A DNA stretch of 64,000 nt from Candidatus Flemingiibacterium sp. (GTDB lineage: Bacteria > Bacillota > Clostridia > Oscillospirales > CAG-272). Both the position numbers and the translations under genes were made by a program. The notes below the pieces were generated by a model. The model was not told the DNA's origin, searched no databases, and saw nothing but the letters and a program-made list of their open reading frames with translations. The DNA is taken from assembly GCA_045644145.1 (NCBI GenBank), contig JAZRGK010000063.1, positions 32,487 through 96,486 on the forward strand, given 5' to 3'. Shown piece by piece: positions 48,218-57,486 of the stretch (position 1 is its first letter; every line of letters starts with the position of its first letter).

Positions 48218-48415
48218 TATTCACTTACCCCCTTACTTAAGCGGTTGCGTCACATTGTATAGTGTGTATTAATATCATTGACTTTATAAATATATTTTAA
48301 CATATAACAGCCCAAATGTAAAGCAAAGTAGAGAAATTTTTTCACAGTGACGGAAAAAAAGCAGAAAAAATGAAAAATATAGGCAATTATTACCCTGAAA
48401 AATATTCAAAATCTC

Positions 48416-48444
48416 TTGCAATTTGTAAAATGCTGTGGTATAAT
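48416..48444 (+). promoter_or_regulatory. Sigma-A promoter of rplS with an extended -10
   Basis: TTGCAA (48416-48421), 17 nt, then TGgTATAAT (48436-48444). Confidence 0.65.
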
Positions 48445-48450
48445 ATATAT

Positions 48451-48553
48451 GTTATGCGCTTGTCCGACGGATGGGCGGTAACGGAAACAGTCCGCTGCAA
48501 TGCTCTGCATGAATGTTTCCGATCACTTAATATTTTTTAAGGAGGAAGCCAAA
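48451..48553 (+). promoter_or_regulatory. Structured 5' leader of rplS (candidate L19 autoregulatory leader)
   Basis: A leader of about 100 nt with complementary segments, for example GGAAACA (48483-48489) / TGTTTCC (48514-48520). Its position matches the L19 leader described in Firmicutes. I could not check it against the covariance model. Confidence 0.35.
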
Positions 48554-48895
48554 ATGGATCTTATTAAGGCTTTGACAAATGAGCAGTTAAAGGAAAACGT
48601 ACCCGAACTTAACATTGGTGATACTATTCGTATTCACAACAAGATCAAAGAGGGTAACAGAGAGAGAATTCAGCTTTTCGATGGCACTATTATTGCCAAG
48701 AACGGCGGCGGAATCTCCGAAACCTTCACCGTAAGACGCGTTTCCTACGGCGTTGGTGTTGAGAAGACTTTCCCCGTACATTCTCCTAACGTAGAAAAGG
48801 TTGAAGTAATCAGACGCGGTAAGGTTAGACGCGCTAAGCTGTACTATCTCCGTGACAGAGTTGGTAAGAGCTCCAAGGTTAAGGAACAGCTTTAA
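48554..48895 (+). CDS. rplS: 50S ribosomal protein L19
   Basis: [44 protein letters not shown]... with AAGGAGGA RBS. The ORF-track start at 48500 is unsupported. Confidence 0.95.
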   Translation: MDLIKALTNEQLKENVPELNIGDTIRIHNKIKEGNRERIQLFDGTIIAKNGGGISETFTVRRVSYGVGVEKTFPVHSPNVEKVEVIRRGKVRRAKLYYLRDRVGKSSKVKEQL

Positions 48896-48917
48896 TCTTA
48901 CAAACAACTCAGAATTT

Positions 48918-48947
48918 AAAAAGGATGCCGATATCGGCATCCTTTTT
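48918..48947 (+). terminator. Rho-independent terminator of rplS
   Basis: AAAAAGGATGCCGAT/ATCGGCATCCTTTTT, a perfect palindromic hairpin with a U-run. Confidence 0.85.
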
Positions 48948-49058
48948 AAATTCTTCGCTTTTTTGCTCGTAAACTGATATAAAAGCTATAAATCTGCATG
49001 TTATCACAAAAAACACACAAAAAACAACGCTGAAATTGTAATTTTTTTAAAATATAGA

Positions 49059-49087
49059 TTGATTTTTATGAGATAATATGGTATGAT
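49059..49087 (+). promoter_or_regulatory. Candidate sigma-A promoter of the 821-aa gene
   Basis: TTGATT (49059-49064), 17 nt, then TGgTATGAT (49079-49087). Confidence 0.5.
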
Positions 49088-49143
49088 ATAAGTGTAACTT
49101 ATAATTCAGCGATAACATACGGGAGTATGGGAGATATAAAACT

Positions 49144-51609
49144 ATGAGAAAATTTTTGCGTGAATCATCAAAGCTAAAGTATTTCGTTGGTACAGCTATG
49201 CTTTTTGTTGCGGCGGTGCTGATTCTTTCTGTTGGTGTTCTTGCAAGTGAAGCGAAAAATGAGATAAGTTCCGTTACGCTCAACAAATCACTGACAGACA
49301 TAGTTTTGGAAATTCACCTTACGAAAGAGTATGTCAAAGAGAACAAATCGTCCACACTGTATCTTTTTGAGGTGCTCCCACATCAGTCAACTACCGAAAT
49401 AAATCACTCTGAGCCTGTCAAGAGCTTTAAGACAAGCGAGAAAATCACTGTTAAGATACCATACATCAGCGGAAATGCCAACAGACTTTATTCTAAGTTT
49501 GTGGTAGCCGAGATGATAGCTGACGGCTCGTATAATATTATTACCGACGCAAAGTATATCGAAAATATCAGTGTTCTCGCAGAAAATAACGAACCGTTTC
49601 CCACCGGTAGCTCCAAAAAAGGCTTGCAGGTGCAGATGTTTTCTGATGCCCAGCAGCTTGGAGTACAGCATACGGTTGTCAATGTGGCGATAAATGAGTA
49701 TATGCTGGGCGAAAATTCCCCCGCCGCACAGTCTTTCCACTACAACGGTCAGACATTTTATCTTGACAAAAACAAGATCGCGATGCTTGATCACCGTGTA
49801 AAGACTTATACCGAAGCCGGCATCAACGTGTATTTTAATATCATACTGACAGCGCCTGCGGCAGATGCTCACCCCAACATTATGAGCTTCTACTATGACG
49901 GTATTTCGCCCACTGCCTCGCTTTTTGCACTCAATACCAGAAACGAAACAGCTATGAAAGCATTCCGCGCTTTTATGGATTACATCTGTATGCGCTATAC
50001 AACGCCGGAGCACACTTGTGGCATGGTGCCGGGGATAATCCTTGGGTTTGAGGTGAATTCCGGCGATGTATGGAATAATGCCGGCACAACGGATATGGCG
50101 AGCTATGTATATTCCTACTGCACAGCTTTCCGCGTGGCATATACCGCTATGCGTTCACATTACAGCGAGGGAAGAGTGTATATCTCACTTGGCAACAATT
50201 TCAGTGCCGGTAGTGCGGATATGCGTGATTACCCGGCAAAACAATTTCTATCTACCTTTAACACGGCAATAAAGAGTTCGGGTGATATAGAGTGGGGACT
50301 CTCCATAAATCCGTATCCGTCTGCGGCAGAGCTGGCTGATTTTTGGAACGATACTTTGGCTGAGGATAATTTTGAAACCCCGTATATTACTATGAAAAAT
50401 ATAGATACTCTTACAAGATACATGAATCAGGCGGAGTATCTTTACAATTCCGAAACGCGCAGTATTATTATCGGCGAATTCGGTATCCCCGGCGATTCTT
50501 CCGATGATGCTTCTATGACCATACAGGCTGCCGCATATGCGCTTGCTTACTATAGAGCGGTACAGAATGAAGATATTGATGCATTTATTTATCACCGCCA
50601 TGTGGACCATTCCGGAGAAATGCAGAATTACGGTCTTTGGAGCGGCGCTGTGGGGAGTGTGGTAGAGCCTGCGGCAAAGAAGCCTATCTACAATGTATTT
50701 TCACTTATTGATACCGAACAGAGCGAAGCGGTCACATCCTTTGTGAGATCGACTGTGGGAAGCGGTGCGTTCGGCATGTTTGTGGATTCGGAAACTAAGT
50801 ACAAGGAGTTCAATGAGCGCACAGTATTTTCCGCAGTGCGTGCCGAAGCCTCGGATTATGCCAAGGGTTACTCTTTCCGCAAGCTGTTTGATCTTACCGG
50901 CGGTACGCTTTGCAACTTTTATCCGTCTGACGGTGCGGAATACGTTGAGCTTCGCCCCTTCGAGGACGGAACAGAAACCATGCTGTATGCACGCATTACC
51001 GATATTCCCACCGAGTATAAAGGTATAAGCAATTCTATCGGTGATGACACAGTGTTTGAGGATGTTCACTATGTAAAGCTCCGCGTAATGGCGGCGGCTC
51101 CTACAGAGGTGAACTCGCTGAGCCTTTTGCTTCGTCTGGGACAGATAGGCACAAATGAAGCCGACGCGGTAGTTTATGAAGGCGAGATTCAGGTAAAACC
51201 GGGTGAGTGGAATGAGATCAGCTTTAACATAAAGGAATTTACCAAGCTTACGGAAGGCAATGTTGATTTTATAAAGCTGTTGATTCGCACATCCGATAGT
51301 CTTCCCACATCAGGTGAATACGGTATTTGGCTTGAAAACATCAGCATATACGCTAAGGGCGGAATGTCGTTTATAGGATGGGTATTTACCATACTCCTCA
51401 TCCTTATCCTCATAGCGGCGGCAGGCTATGGTGCTCTTTATCTCAGAGCTTTCCTTATACGCAAAAAGCGCCGCGAAGAGGCTGCACGCCGTAAGAGGGA
51501 GCAGCTTCGTGCAATGGCCATGCAGCAGTCCCGTGGAATGTACCCACCGCCTTATTCAAGGCAGCCCCAAAACCGCTCGGACGGTAATTATACAGACAAA
51601 GATCTATAA
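49144..51609 (+). CDS. Large exoprotein with a signal/anchor sequence, a glycoside-hydrolase-like (clan GH-A-like) central region, a C-terminal TM helix and a basic cytoplasmic tail
   Basis: N-terminal hydrophobic segment FVGTAMLFVAAVLILSVGVLA. ILGFEVNSG and IIIGEFGIPG blocks. TM helix FIGWVFTILLILILIAAAGYGALYL followed by RAFLIRKKRREEAARRKREQLR... Paralogous to 20997..24122. Confidence 0.8.
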   Translation: MRKFLRESSKLKYFVGTAMLFVAAVLILSVGVLASEAKNEISSVTLNKSLTDIVLEIHLTKEYVKENKSSTLYLFEVLPHQSTTEINHSEPVKSFKTSEKITVKIPYISGNANRLYSKFVVAEMIADGSYNIITDAKYIENISVLAENNEPFPTGSSKKGLQVQMFSDAQQLGVQHTVVNVAINEYMLGENSPAAQSFHYNGQTFYLDKNKIAMLDHRVKTYTEAGINVYFNIILTAPAADAHPNIMSFYYDGISPTASLFALNTRNETAMKAFRAFMDYICMRYTTPEHTCGMVPGIILGFEVNSGDVWNNAGTTDMASYVYSYCTAFRVAYTAMRSHYSEGRVYISLGNNFSAGSADMRDYPAKQFLSTFNTAIKSSGDIEWGLSINPYPSAAELADFWNDTLAEDNFETPYITMKNIDTLTRYMNQAEYLYNSETRSIIIGEFGIPGDSSDDASMTIQAAAYALAYYRAVQNEDIDAFIYHRHVDHSGEMQNYGLWSGAVGSVVEPAAKKPIYNVFSLIDTEQSEAVTSFVRSTVGSGAFGMFVDSETKYKEFNERTVFSAVRAEASDYAKGYSFRKLFDLTGGTLCNFYPSDGAEYVELRPFEDGTETMLYARITDIPTEYKGISNSIGDDTVFEDVHYVKLRVMAAAPTEVNSLSLLLRLGQIGTNEADAVVYEGEIQVKPGEWNEISFNIKEFTKLTEGNVDFIKLLIRTSDSLPTSGEYGIWLENISIYAKGGMSFIGWVFTILLILILIAAAGYGALYLRAFLIRKKRREEAARRKREQLRAMAMQQSRGMYPPPYSRQPQNRSDGNYTDKDL

Positions 51610-51610
51610 T

Positions 51611-51652
51611 AAAAAATGAGCTGTTGCACTGGGATGCCACAGCTCATTTTTT
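51611..51652. terminator. Bidirectional rho-independent terminator
   Basis: AAAAAATGAGCTGT ... ACAGCTCATTTTTTT, a 9-bp core stem with flanking A/T runs, between convergent genes. Confidence 0.8.
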
Positions 51653-52497
51653 TAAGTCACTTTTGTTATAATGACAGCTTTATCGAAAAACGCCATTTTG
51701 ATATAGGAGAGGTATTCACGAACCATACTCACATAGTGGTGTGCAAAGCTTGGGGACGGAGCGGAACACAACTCCATTTCCAAGCCGTAATGCTCCGACA
51801 GTACAGATATTCTCGGAAGATGGAATCCGGTGGATACGCCGATTATATTTTTATCCGTAAGCCCAAGCTCGGATATAAGATCTTTGGTAAGACGGATATT
51901 TTCGCTTGTGGAGTGTGAATTTGACTCTGTTATTATACGGCTTTCCGATATACCGTGATCTATAAGGTACTGACGCATTGCGGTGGCTTCGGGAACGGTT
52001 TCGTTTGAGCCCTGCCCACCGCTGACGATACATACAGCATTCGGAAGGGCTGACAGAAGTTCATAAGCCGCGTCAAGGCGCAGTCGGAGTGTAAGGCTTG
52101 GGGTGTAACCGTATGTGCGGCATCCAAACACCAGAACAGCGGTGTTTTCGCCGCTGTCTTCCATGGCGGCGTATGAATTCGCGTACTGATTTGGGGTCAT
52201 AGAAGTTCCGATTCCAATATAACACCAAAATATGACTGCTGTTATAACGTATACCGAAATAAGCGATGTAAAAACTATCCACAGTGGTTTGAAGGCTCGT
52301 CTAAGAAGCCGTTGAAGCTGTTTTCTGAAAATAATAGGCAAAACAGTGCATGCCATGACAAACAGTGCGAACAGCGACATCAGCCTTGAGTCGAAGCCGA
52401 GCAGACATAACATCATATATACAAAATAGTATAAGCATATTACCGCGGCTGATGCAACAGTTATAGCTGAAAGCAGATCAATTTTGAGTTTTTTCAT
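51652..52497 (-). CDS. DUF218/YdcF-family (SanA/ElyC-like) membrane protein
   Basis: N-terminal TM helices, then VLVFGCRTYG...CIVSGGQGSNETVPEATAM...STSENI. I chose the ATG at 52497. The ORF-track start at 52506 is a TTG. Confidence 0.8.
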   Translation of the reverse strand: MKKLKIDLLSAITVASAAVICLYYFVYMMLCLLGFDSRLMSLFALFVMACTVLPIIFRKQLQRLLRRAFKPLWIVFTSLISVYVITAVIFWCYIGIGTSMTPNQYANSYAAMEDSGENTAVLVFGCRTYGYTPSLTLRLRLDAAYELLSALPNAVCIVSGGQGSNETVPEATAMRQYLIDHGISESRIITESNSHSTSENIRLTKDLISELGLTDKNIIGVSTGFHLPRISVLSEHYGLEMELCSAPSPSFAHHYVSMVREYLSYIKMAFFDKAVIITKVT

Positions 52498-53680
52498 TTT
52501 CTTCAATTAACCCGTCAAGGTACGGTGAAACGCCAAGCTCTGCGCATATATGCTTATATTCGCTAAGCGCCGACTTGCGGCTTGACGCGGATTTGTTTTT
52601 ATTGTATACGGCGCGAATCATAAGATTTTTTGGGGTGTCATCGGGGTCGATAAGCTCCAGTGTAGTAACGCTGTATCCCACAGATTCAAGACGCTTTACT
52701 CTCAGTGCGTCTGTTGCGGAATCGCAGAATTTTTGCTTCAGAATGGGGTGATTCAGAATGAAAGAAAGATTTTCTCTGAGCGCGGCGTTTTCCGCTGATA
52801 CGGAGAGCTGTTTCGACATTTCATGATGACAGCACGGGGTTGAAAGAATGATGCCTGCCCCCCATTTTACGGAATTCGCCAATACAATATCGGTGGCAAT
52901 GTCGCAGGCGTGGAGCGATATAACCATATCCGGCTTTTTGGGGGGAATATACTCGTTTATGTTACCACTGACAAATTTAAGGTGGTCGAAGCCCTGACGC
53001 TCTGCGGCGGCATTACAGTAGTCGATTACCTCCTTCTTTAAGTCAACACCGTACATTTTTGCCTGCTTATTTTTAAGAACGGTGAAGTAGTAGTATACGG
53101 CGAAGGTAAGATAGCTCTTTCCGCAGCAGAGATCGTATATTACCGCCGGGCGGTCATTTGGAAGCTTGTCCTCAACGCTTTGGACGATTTCAAGAAAGCG
53201 GTTTATCTGACGGAATTTCGCCTGCTTTTTATCGTGAATTCTTCCGTTTGAATCTGATATGCCAAGCTCGCGAAGAAATCCGATGTCACGGGATGCATCA
53301 AGAATATATTTTTTTGAACCGTCTGAAATTTCCGCGCAGGCGGCATCGGCGGTGAATTTGCCTGACACATGCACGGTGCCGGATTTTGACCGCTTGATTT
53401 CCGCTTCTCCGGCTGTCGTGATAATGTTAACTTGCCTATAATCCTCAAGTGCCATGCGCACAAGCTCGGAGAGCTTGTCTGCCGGGAGATTGCGGCGGAA
53501 GGTTTTATTGTCCTTTGTAAAACGCTCGGCGGCCAGATACACAGTACCGTCCGGCTTTTTTGTGAGTATGACGACTTCTTTCTGAACAGTTTTATCTTCG
53601 GCTTTGGAAAATATAGCTTTTTTTAATATTTTTCGTCCTATTGCATCCGAAAATAGTTCGACAAGCTTCTCATTCATCAT
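52478..53680 (-). CDS. Class I SAM-dependent methyltransferase (about 400 aa, unknown substrate)
   Basis: VIYDLCCGKSYLT (motif I), GVDLK, ISLHACDIATD. Confidence 0.75.
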   Translation of the reverse strand: MMNEKLVELFSDAIGRKILKKAIFSKAEDKTVQKEVVILTKKPDGTVYLAAERFTKDNKTFRRNLPADKLSELVRMALEDYRQVNIITTAGEAEIKRSKSGTVHVSGKFTADAACAEISDGSKKYILDASRDIGFLRELGISDSNGRIHDKKQAKFRQINRFLEIVQSVEDKLPNDRPAVIYDLCCGKSYLTFAVYYYFTVLKNKQAKMYGVDLKKEVIDYCNAAAERQGFDHLKFVSGNINEYIPPKKPDMVISLHACDIATDIVLANSVKWGAGIILSTPCCHHEMSKQLSVSAENAALRENLSFILNHPILKQKFCDSATDALRVKRLESVGYSVTTLELIDPDDTPKNLMIRAVYNKNKSASSRKSALSEYKHICAELGVSPYLDGLIEENEKTQN

Positions 53681-53909
53681 TGTTTATATATGTCACAGCT
53701 TAAAAAGCCGTTTCCTTTCCAAACGGCGGCACACCGTTTTGAATTCTTATACAGTTTTCTAATTATACCATAAACATTATATAAAAGTATATCGGTTTAT
53801 TGTAAATTTTCATTGTACGGAATAATTAACAAATACACGCTTTACTTTTTTTATGAAAAGGTATATAATTTCTTTGAAATGATATTTCTTTTGGCGGAGG
53901 ATGTATGAG

Positions 53910-54782
53910 ATGACGCTTAAGAAGACCGTAAGAGCAGTGCTTTCCGCGCTTTTGTATTTCGGAATATATTTTGTGTGGCAGGGAATAGTCGGGTTTTGGG
54001 TTGGGCTTGGATATGAAATGTATGCGATTTCCACATATGGGATCGAAATAATGGATGATTTACAGACTATTCAGAATTTGTCTTATGATTTTTTTATGAA
54101 ATATGCAATTCATGTGACTCTAATTTCCAATGTGCTTGCGTTTATAACGTATATTGTGCTGTTCCGCATGAGGAAAATGAAATTCACTCGCGAAGTGGGA
54201 CTTACAACGCTTAATTTTAAGACCTGCGCGGCTATGGTTGTATTGGGATTTGTCATGAATATATTCGTGTCAGTGCTCTTATCTGCTGTTCCGTTTCCCG
54301 ATGCGTGGTGGGAACAGTACAATTCTCTTGCCTCAGCTATTCCAAGTGCTCCTGTCTGGATATCCTTGCTCAGTACGGTGATTGTCGCACCGATTGTTGA
54401 GGAAACCGTAATGCGCGGATTATTCTATAACAGACTTAAACGAGGCATGCCAATGTTTGCCGCTATGCTCATATCATCTTGGATATTCGGTCTTATACAC
54501 GGTACTGTGATTTGGGTGATATATGCGTCACTGCTTGGAATGTTGCTCGTTTGGATATACGAAAAATACCGTTCGCTTACTGCTTCTATAATCTTCCATC
54601 TCAGCTTTAATCTCGGCGGTTTTTTACTCGGATATACAAATGAGCTTCCAACCATTGTAGTGGTTGCATCTATGCTCCTTAGCGTTATAATTATTATAAC
54701 CGTACACAAAAGCGCACCCGGCAAGATTTTATTTATAATGCCGAAGGAAGAAGCGTTACCCACTGAAGGTGACGAAGATTAA
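53910..54782 (+). CDS. CPBP-family intramembrane glutamic endopeptidase (CAAX protease/Abi-like)
   Basis: VAPIVEETVMRGLFY, FGLIHG, IFHLSFN. I chose the ATG at 53910, 9 nt after GGCGGAGG. The ATG at 53901 abuts the RBS. Confidence 0.85.
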   Translation: MTLKKTVRAVLSALLYFGIYFVWQGIVGFWVGLGYEMYAISTYGIEIMDDLQTIQNLSYDFFMKYAIHVTLISNVLAFITYIVLFRMRKMKFTREVGLTTLNFKTCAAMVVLGFVMNIFVSVLLSAVPFPDAWWEQYNSLASAIPSAPVWISLLSTVIVAPIVEETVMRGLFYNRLKRGMPMFAAMLISSWIFGLIHGTVIWVIYASLLGMLLVWIYEKYRSLTASIIFHLSFNLGGFLLGYTNELPTIVVVASMLLSVIIIITVHKSAPGKILFIMPKEEALPTEGDED

Positions 54783-54813
54783 GGAAAATTTTCGCAAATT
54801 TACAATTTTATAT

Positions 54814-54842
54814 TGAAATTTAAGTTCGTATGCGGTATAATA
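54814..54842 (+). promoter_or_regulatory. Candidate sigma-A promoter of yajC
   Basis: TTGAAA (54814-54819), 17 nt, then TATAAT (54837-54842). Confidence 0.55.
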
Positions 54843-54889
54843 TTTAAGATTGATATTATATATCACAAATAATATTTTGGAGGATAATC

Positions 54890-55228
54890 ATGCTTAATTT
54901 ATTTCTCGCTGCAGATGCAGGTGCGGCAGATGCCGCAATGGCCGGAGGAGCCAATCAGGGCTTTATGACCATACTTATGTTAGTAGTTATGGTAGCTGTT
55001 TTCTATTTCTTCATGTACAGACCTCAGAAGAAGCAGGAACGCGAAACAAATGCTATGAGAAACGGTTTGCAGGTAGGTGATGAGATCACCACTATCGGTG
55101 GCATTATCGGCAAGATCATAAGCATCAAGGATGAAACCGTTATGATCGAAACCGGCCGCGATGGTACAAAGATCCGTATTTTAAAGAGTGCGGTTAAGAA
55201 TGTTGACGTAAAGGCAGAGGATTGCTGA
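54890..55228 (+). CDS. yajC: Preprotein translocase subunit YajC
   Basis: One TM helix, then YRPQKKQ...GDEITTIGGIIGKI. GGAGGA RBS. Confidence 0.88.
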   Translation: MLNLFLAADAGAADAAMAGGANQGFMTILMLVVMVAVFYFFMYRPQKKQERETNAMRNGLQVGDEITTIGGIIGKIISIKDETVMIETGRDGTKIRILKSAVKNVDVKAEDC

Positions 55229-55294
55229 CATAAATAAGACGCTCCCTGCATATAGATTACTGAGTATAATCTACATGTTTTGGAGGGGATTTGG

Positions 55295-55768
55295 TTGAAC
55301 AGCAATAACATGCGTAATAAGTCTGCTGAGAAAAACGGATTTCTTTGGGCGGCATGCAGAGGGTCGATTATCGGTGCTTTGACCTCCTTTGTGGCTGTGC
55401 TTGTTTTATCCGGTGCGGCGCTTCTTATGGAAGATCCGAAGAAGCTTATAACCGCCTTTGCCTATGGGGCGCTCCTTGTTGGAGCTTTCGTAGGCGGATT
55501 TTCTTCGGCGAAGCTTGATAAAGACCGCAGTGCAGTGTCGGCGTTTATGGGAGGTGTGGGATATGTGCTTTTACTATGGCTCGTATCTCTTGCTTTCAGA
55601 GCTAATGCTATGTACCCGGTTACACCTATTTTTATGATATTAGCATACATTGGATGTACGGCGGTGTCGTTTATAGGCGGACTTGCGGTACGCGGCAAAC
55701 GCGGCGGAGTCAAGTTTAGTAGAAAAAATCCTACAACACTTGTTCGAGGACAACTTGGACGACGTTGA
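55295..55768 (+). CDS. Small four-helix integral membrane protein (TIGR04086-like, unverified)
   Basis: Four hydrophobic segments. I chose the TTG at 55295, 6 nt after GGAGGGG. The ATG at 55310 is an alternative. Confidence 0.6.
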   Translation: MNSNNMRNKSAEKNGFLWAACRGSIIGALTSFVAVLVLSGAALLMEDPKKLITAFAYGALLVGAFVGGFSSAKLDKDRSAVSAFMGGVGYVLLLWLVSLAFRANAMYPVTPIFMILAYIGCTAVSFIGGLAVRGKRGGVKFSRKNPTTLVRGQLGRR

Positions 55769-55774
55769 AATAAT

Positions 55775-55805
55775 GTCCCCTGCCAAATGGCGGGGGACAC
55801 TTTTT
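55775..55805 (+). terminator. Rho-independent terminator
   Basis: GTCCCCTGCC aaat GGCGGGGGAC, a 10-bp stem with one G-U pair, then TTTTT. Confidence 0.75.
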
Positions 55806-55882
55806 GCGAAAAGAAGATAAATATGACTATCATGTGCGAAACTGCCGCAGAGGCGTAAAATTATACTTTTATAAATAAAGCG

Positions 55883-55913
55883 ATCTCCCGTGCTTTGGCA
55901 CGGGAGATTTTTT
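55883..55913 (+). terminator. Second rho-independent terminator upstream of spoIIIAA
   Basis: ATCTCCCGTGC tttg GCACGGGAGAT, an 11-bp perfect stem, then TTTTTT. Confidence 0.75.
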
Positions 55914-55980
55914 GTATGGCTGTCATTTTTTTCGTTGCTTGTCCGTATATATTAGTATATCTGAAAACGAGGATATAAAG

Positions 55981-56907
55981 ATGACTGAGAAAAGAGTAAT
56001 TTCACCGTTTATTGAAGACTGTTTGCCGATTTCGGTACGTCGTGCAATTGGAATATTGTCAGAACACGGCGAGATATCATTATTAACAGTAAATGAGATA
56101 CGACTTCGTGCAGAAGCGCCGGCTTCTGTTACATGCGATGGAAAAAACATTGTGCTTTCCGTAAAGTGTACTGCAGGTGAACTCTCTGAATGTGTCACAA
56201 GGCTGTGCGGTGGCTCTGTATATGCCCACGGGGATACCATACGAATGGGATATGTACAGCCCGGCGAGGGAGTAAGGGTGGGAATATGCGGTACACTTGC
56301 TTCCGACGGGCGTGCGGTGAGGGAAATCCGTTCGGTCAATATTCGTATTCCACATATAATGAGAGGAGTATCCGATCAGCTTATGGCGGCTTGCTTTGAT
56401 CCGCCGGCAATAAAATCTATGCTGATATATTCTCCGCCCGGAATCGGAAAAACCACTGCCCTTCGTGATATTGCATTCCGACTTGGAGGCGCATTTTCAA
56501 AGAGGGTTGTAATAGTTGATACCAGGGGAGAGCTTTTTATACCTGAAATGTTTGTTGATACATTATGTGATGTGCTTACGGGCTACAGCCGTGCGGAGGG
56601 GATAGAGATTGCAACGAGAACTATGTCGCCTGAGGTTATAATATGCGATGAGCTTGGGGATGTGAGCGAAAGCACAAAGATCCTTGGATGCGCAGGTGCA
56701 GGTGTGCCGCTTATCGCAAGCGCCCATGCATCAAATCTGAAGGAGCTTTTACTTCGTCCAAATATAAAGAAGCTACATGACAACGGGATCTTTGCCGGAT
56801 ATGCCAGACTTTCACGAGAGAAAACAAACGGCAAGCTATCCGGGTGTTTCAGTTGTGATTACACTTCCGCTGAATCTGTTTTGGGTGATACGCAGTGCTT
56901 CGCATAG
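55981..56907 (+). CDS. spoIIIAA: Stage III sporulation protein AA (ATPase)
   Basis: Walker A YSPPGIGKTTALRD and ICDELG. First gene of an eight-gene spoIIIA-ordered operon. I chose the ATG at 55981 (MTEKRVI...). Confidence 0.88.
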   Translation: MTEKRVISPFIEDCLPISVRRAIGILSEHGEISLLTVNEIRLRAEAPASVTCDGKNIVLSVKCTAGELSECVTRLCGGSVYAHGDTIRMGYVQPGEGVRVGICGTLASDGRAVREIRSVNIRIPHIMRGVSDQLMAACFDPPAIKSMLIYSPPGIGKTTALRDIAFRLGGAFSKRVVIVDTRGELFIPEMFVDTLCDVLTGYSRAEGIEIATRTMSPEVIICDELGDVSESTKILGCAGAGVPLIASAHASNLKELLLRPNIKKLHDNGIFAGYARLSREKTNGKLSGCFSCDYTSAESVLGDTQCFA

Positions 56908-57377
56908 TAGGTGCACTTATGATATTTTTCGCATCCACTGCTATAGGGATCACAGTGGCTGAAATATGGCGTAAGGGTACTGTGCAGCTTGAGGCTTTTC
57001 ATAGGCTTGTGGTACACACAGCAAGACAAATTGAGGGATTCCTTTATCCGCTTGATAAAATATTTGCCGAGTATGAGGATAAAGTGCTTGAGCAGTGTGG
57101 ATTTTTAGATGCATTGCGCCATCACGGCCCCGATAATTCAATGGAAGCTTGCAAAGGCAGACTTTATATTTCTGAGGCAGATATTTCCGTCATAAAGGCG
57201 TTTTTTTCGGAAGTCGGCAGGCACACCGCCCATGAAGAAGCACGTCTTTTGGCATATTATGAGAAAAAACTTGGTGAGCTTGCTTCAAAATCAAGGTCTG
57301 AACTACAGTCCAGAGTCAGGCTGAGCCGCGGATTCGGCATGCTGATCGGCATTATGATGGCGGTAATTTTATTATAA
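56895..57377 (+). CDS. spoIIIAB: Stage III sporulation protein AB
   Basis: (V)LRIVGALMIFFASTAIGITVA resembles the B. subtilis SpoIIIAB N-terminus. GTG start overlapping spoIIIAA by 13 nt. Confidence 0.8.
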   Translation: MLRIVGALMIFFASTAIGITVAEIWRKGTVQLEAFHRLVVHTARQIEGFLYPLDKIFAEYEDKVLEQCGFLDALRHHGPDNSMEACKGRLYISEADISVIKAFFSEVGRHTAHEEARLLAYYEKKLGELASKSRSELQSRVRLSRGFGMLIGIMMAVILL

Positions 57378-57385
57378 TGGAGAAA

Positions 57386-57473
57386 GTTTGAAGGATAAAT
57401 CTTTCAAACCAGTCATAGATTCCCACGCGATACAAAGTATCGCGTAGATAAGGAAGCTTTCGCGCGCGAAAGC
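57386..57473 (+). other. Three consecutive stem-loops in the spoIIIAB-spoIIIAC spacer
   Basis: GTTTGAAGG/CTTTCAAAC (57386-57409), ACGCGATAC aaa GTATCGCGT (57425-57445), and the palindrome GCTTTCGCG/CGCGAAAGC (57456-57473). Confidence 0.6.
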
Positions 57474-57486
57474 CATGGTCATATAT

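Noticed and set aside
55818-55853. 11-codon ORF (MTIMCETAAEA) between the twin terminators
   Set aside because: It has no RBS and is extremely short, with nothing to support translation. It is retained only as part of the twin-terminator observation.
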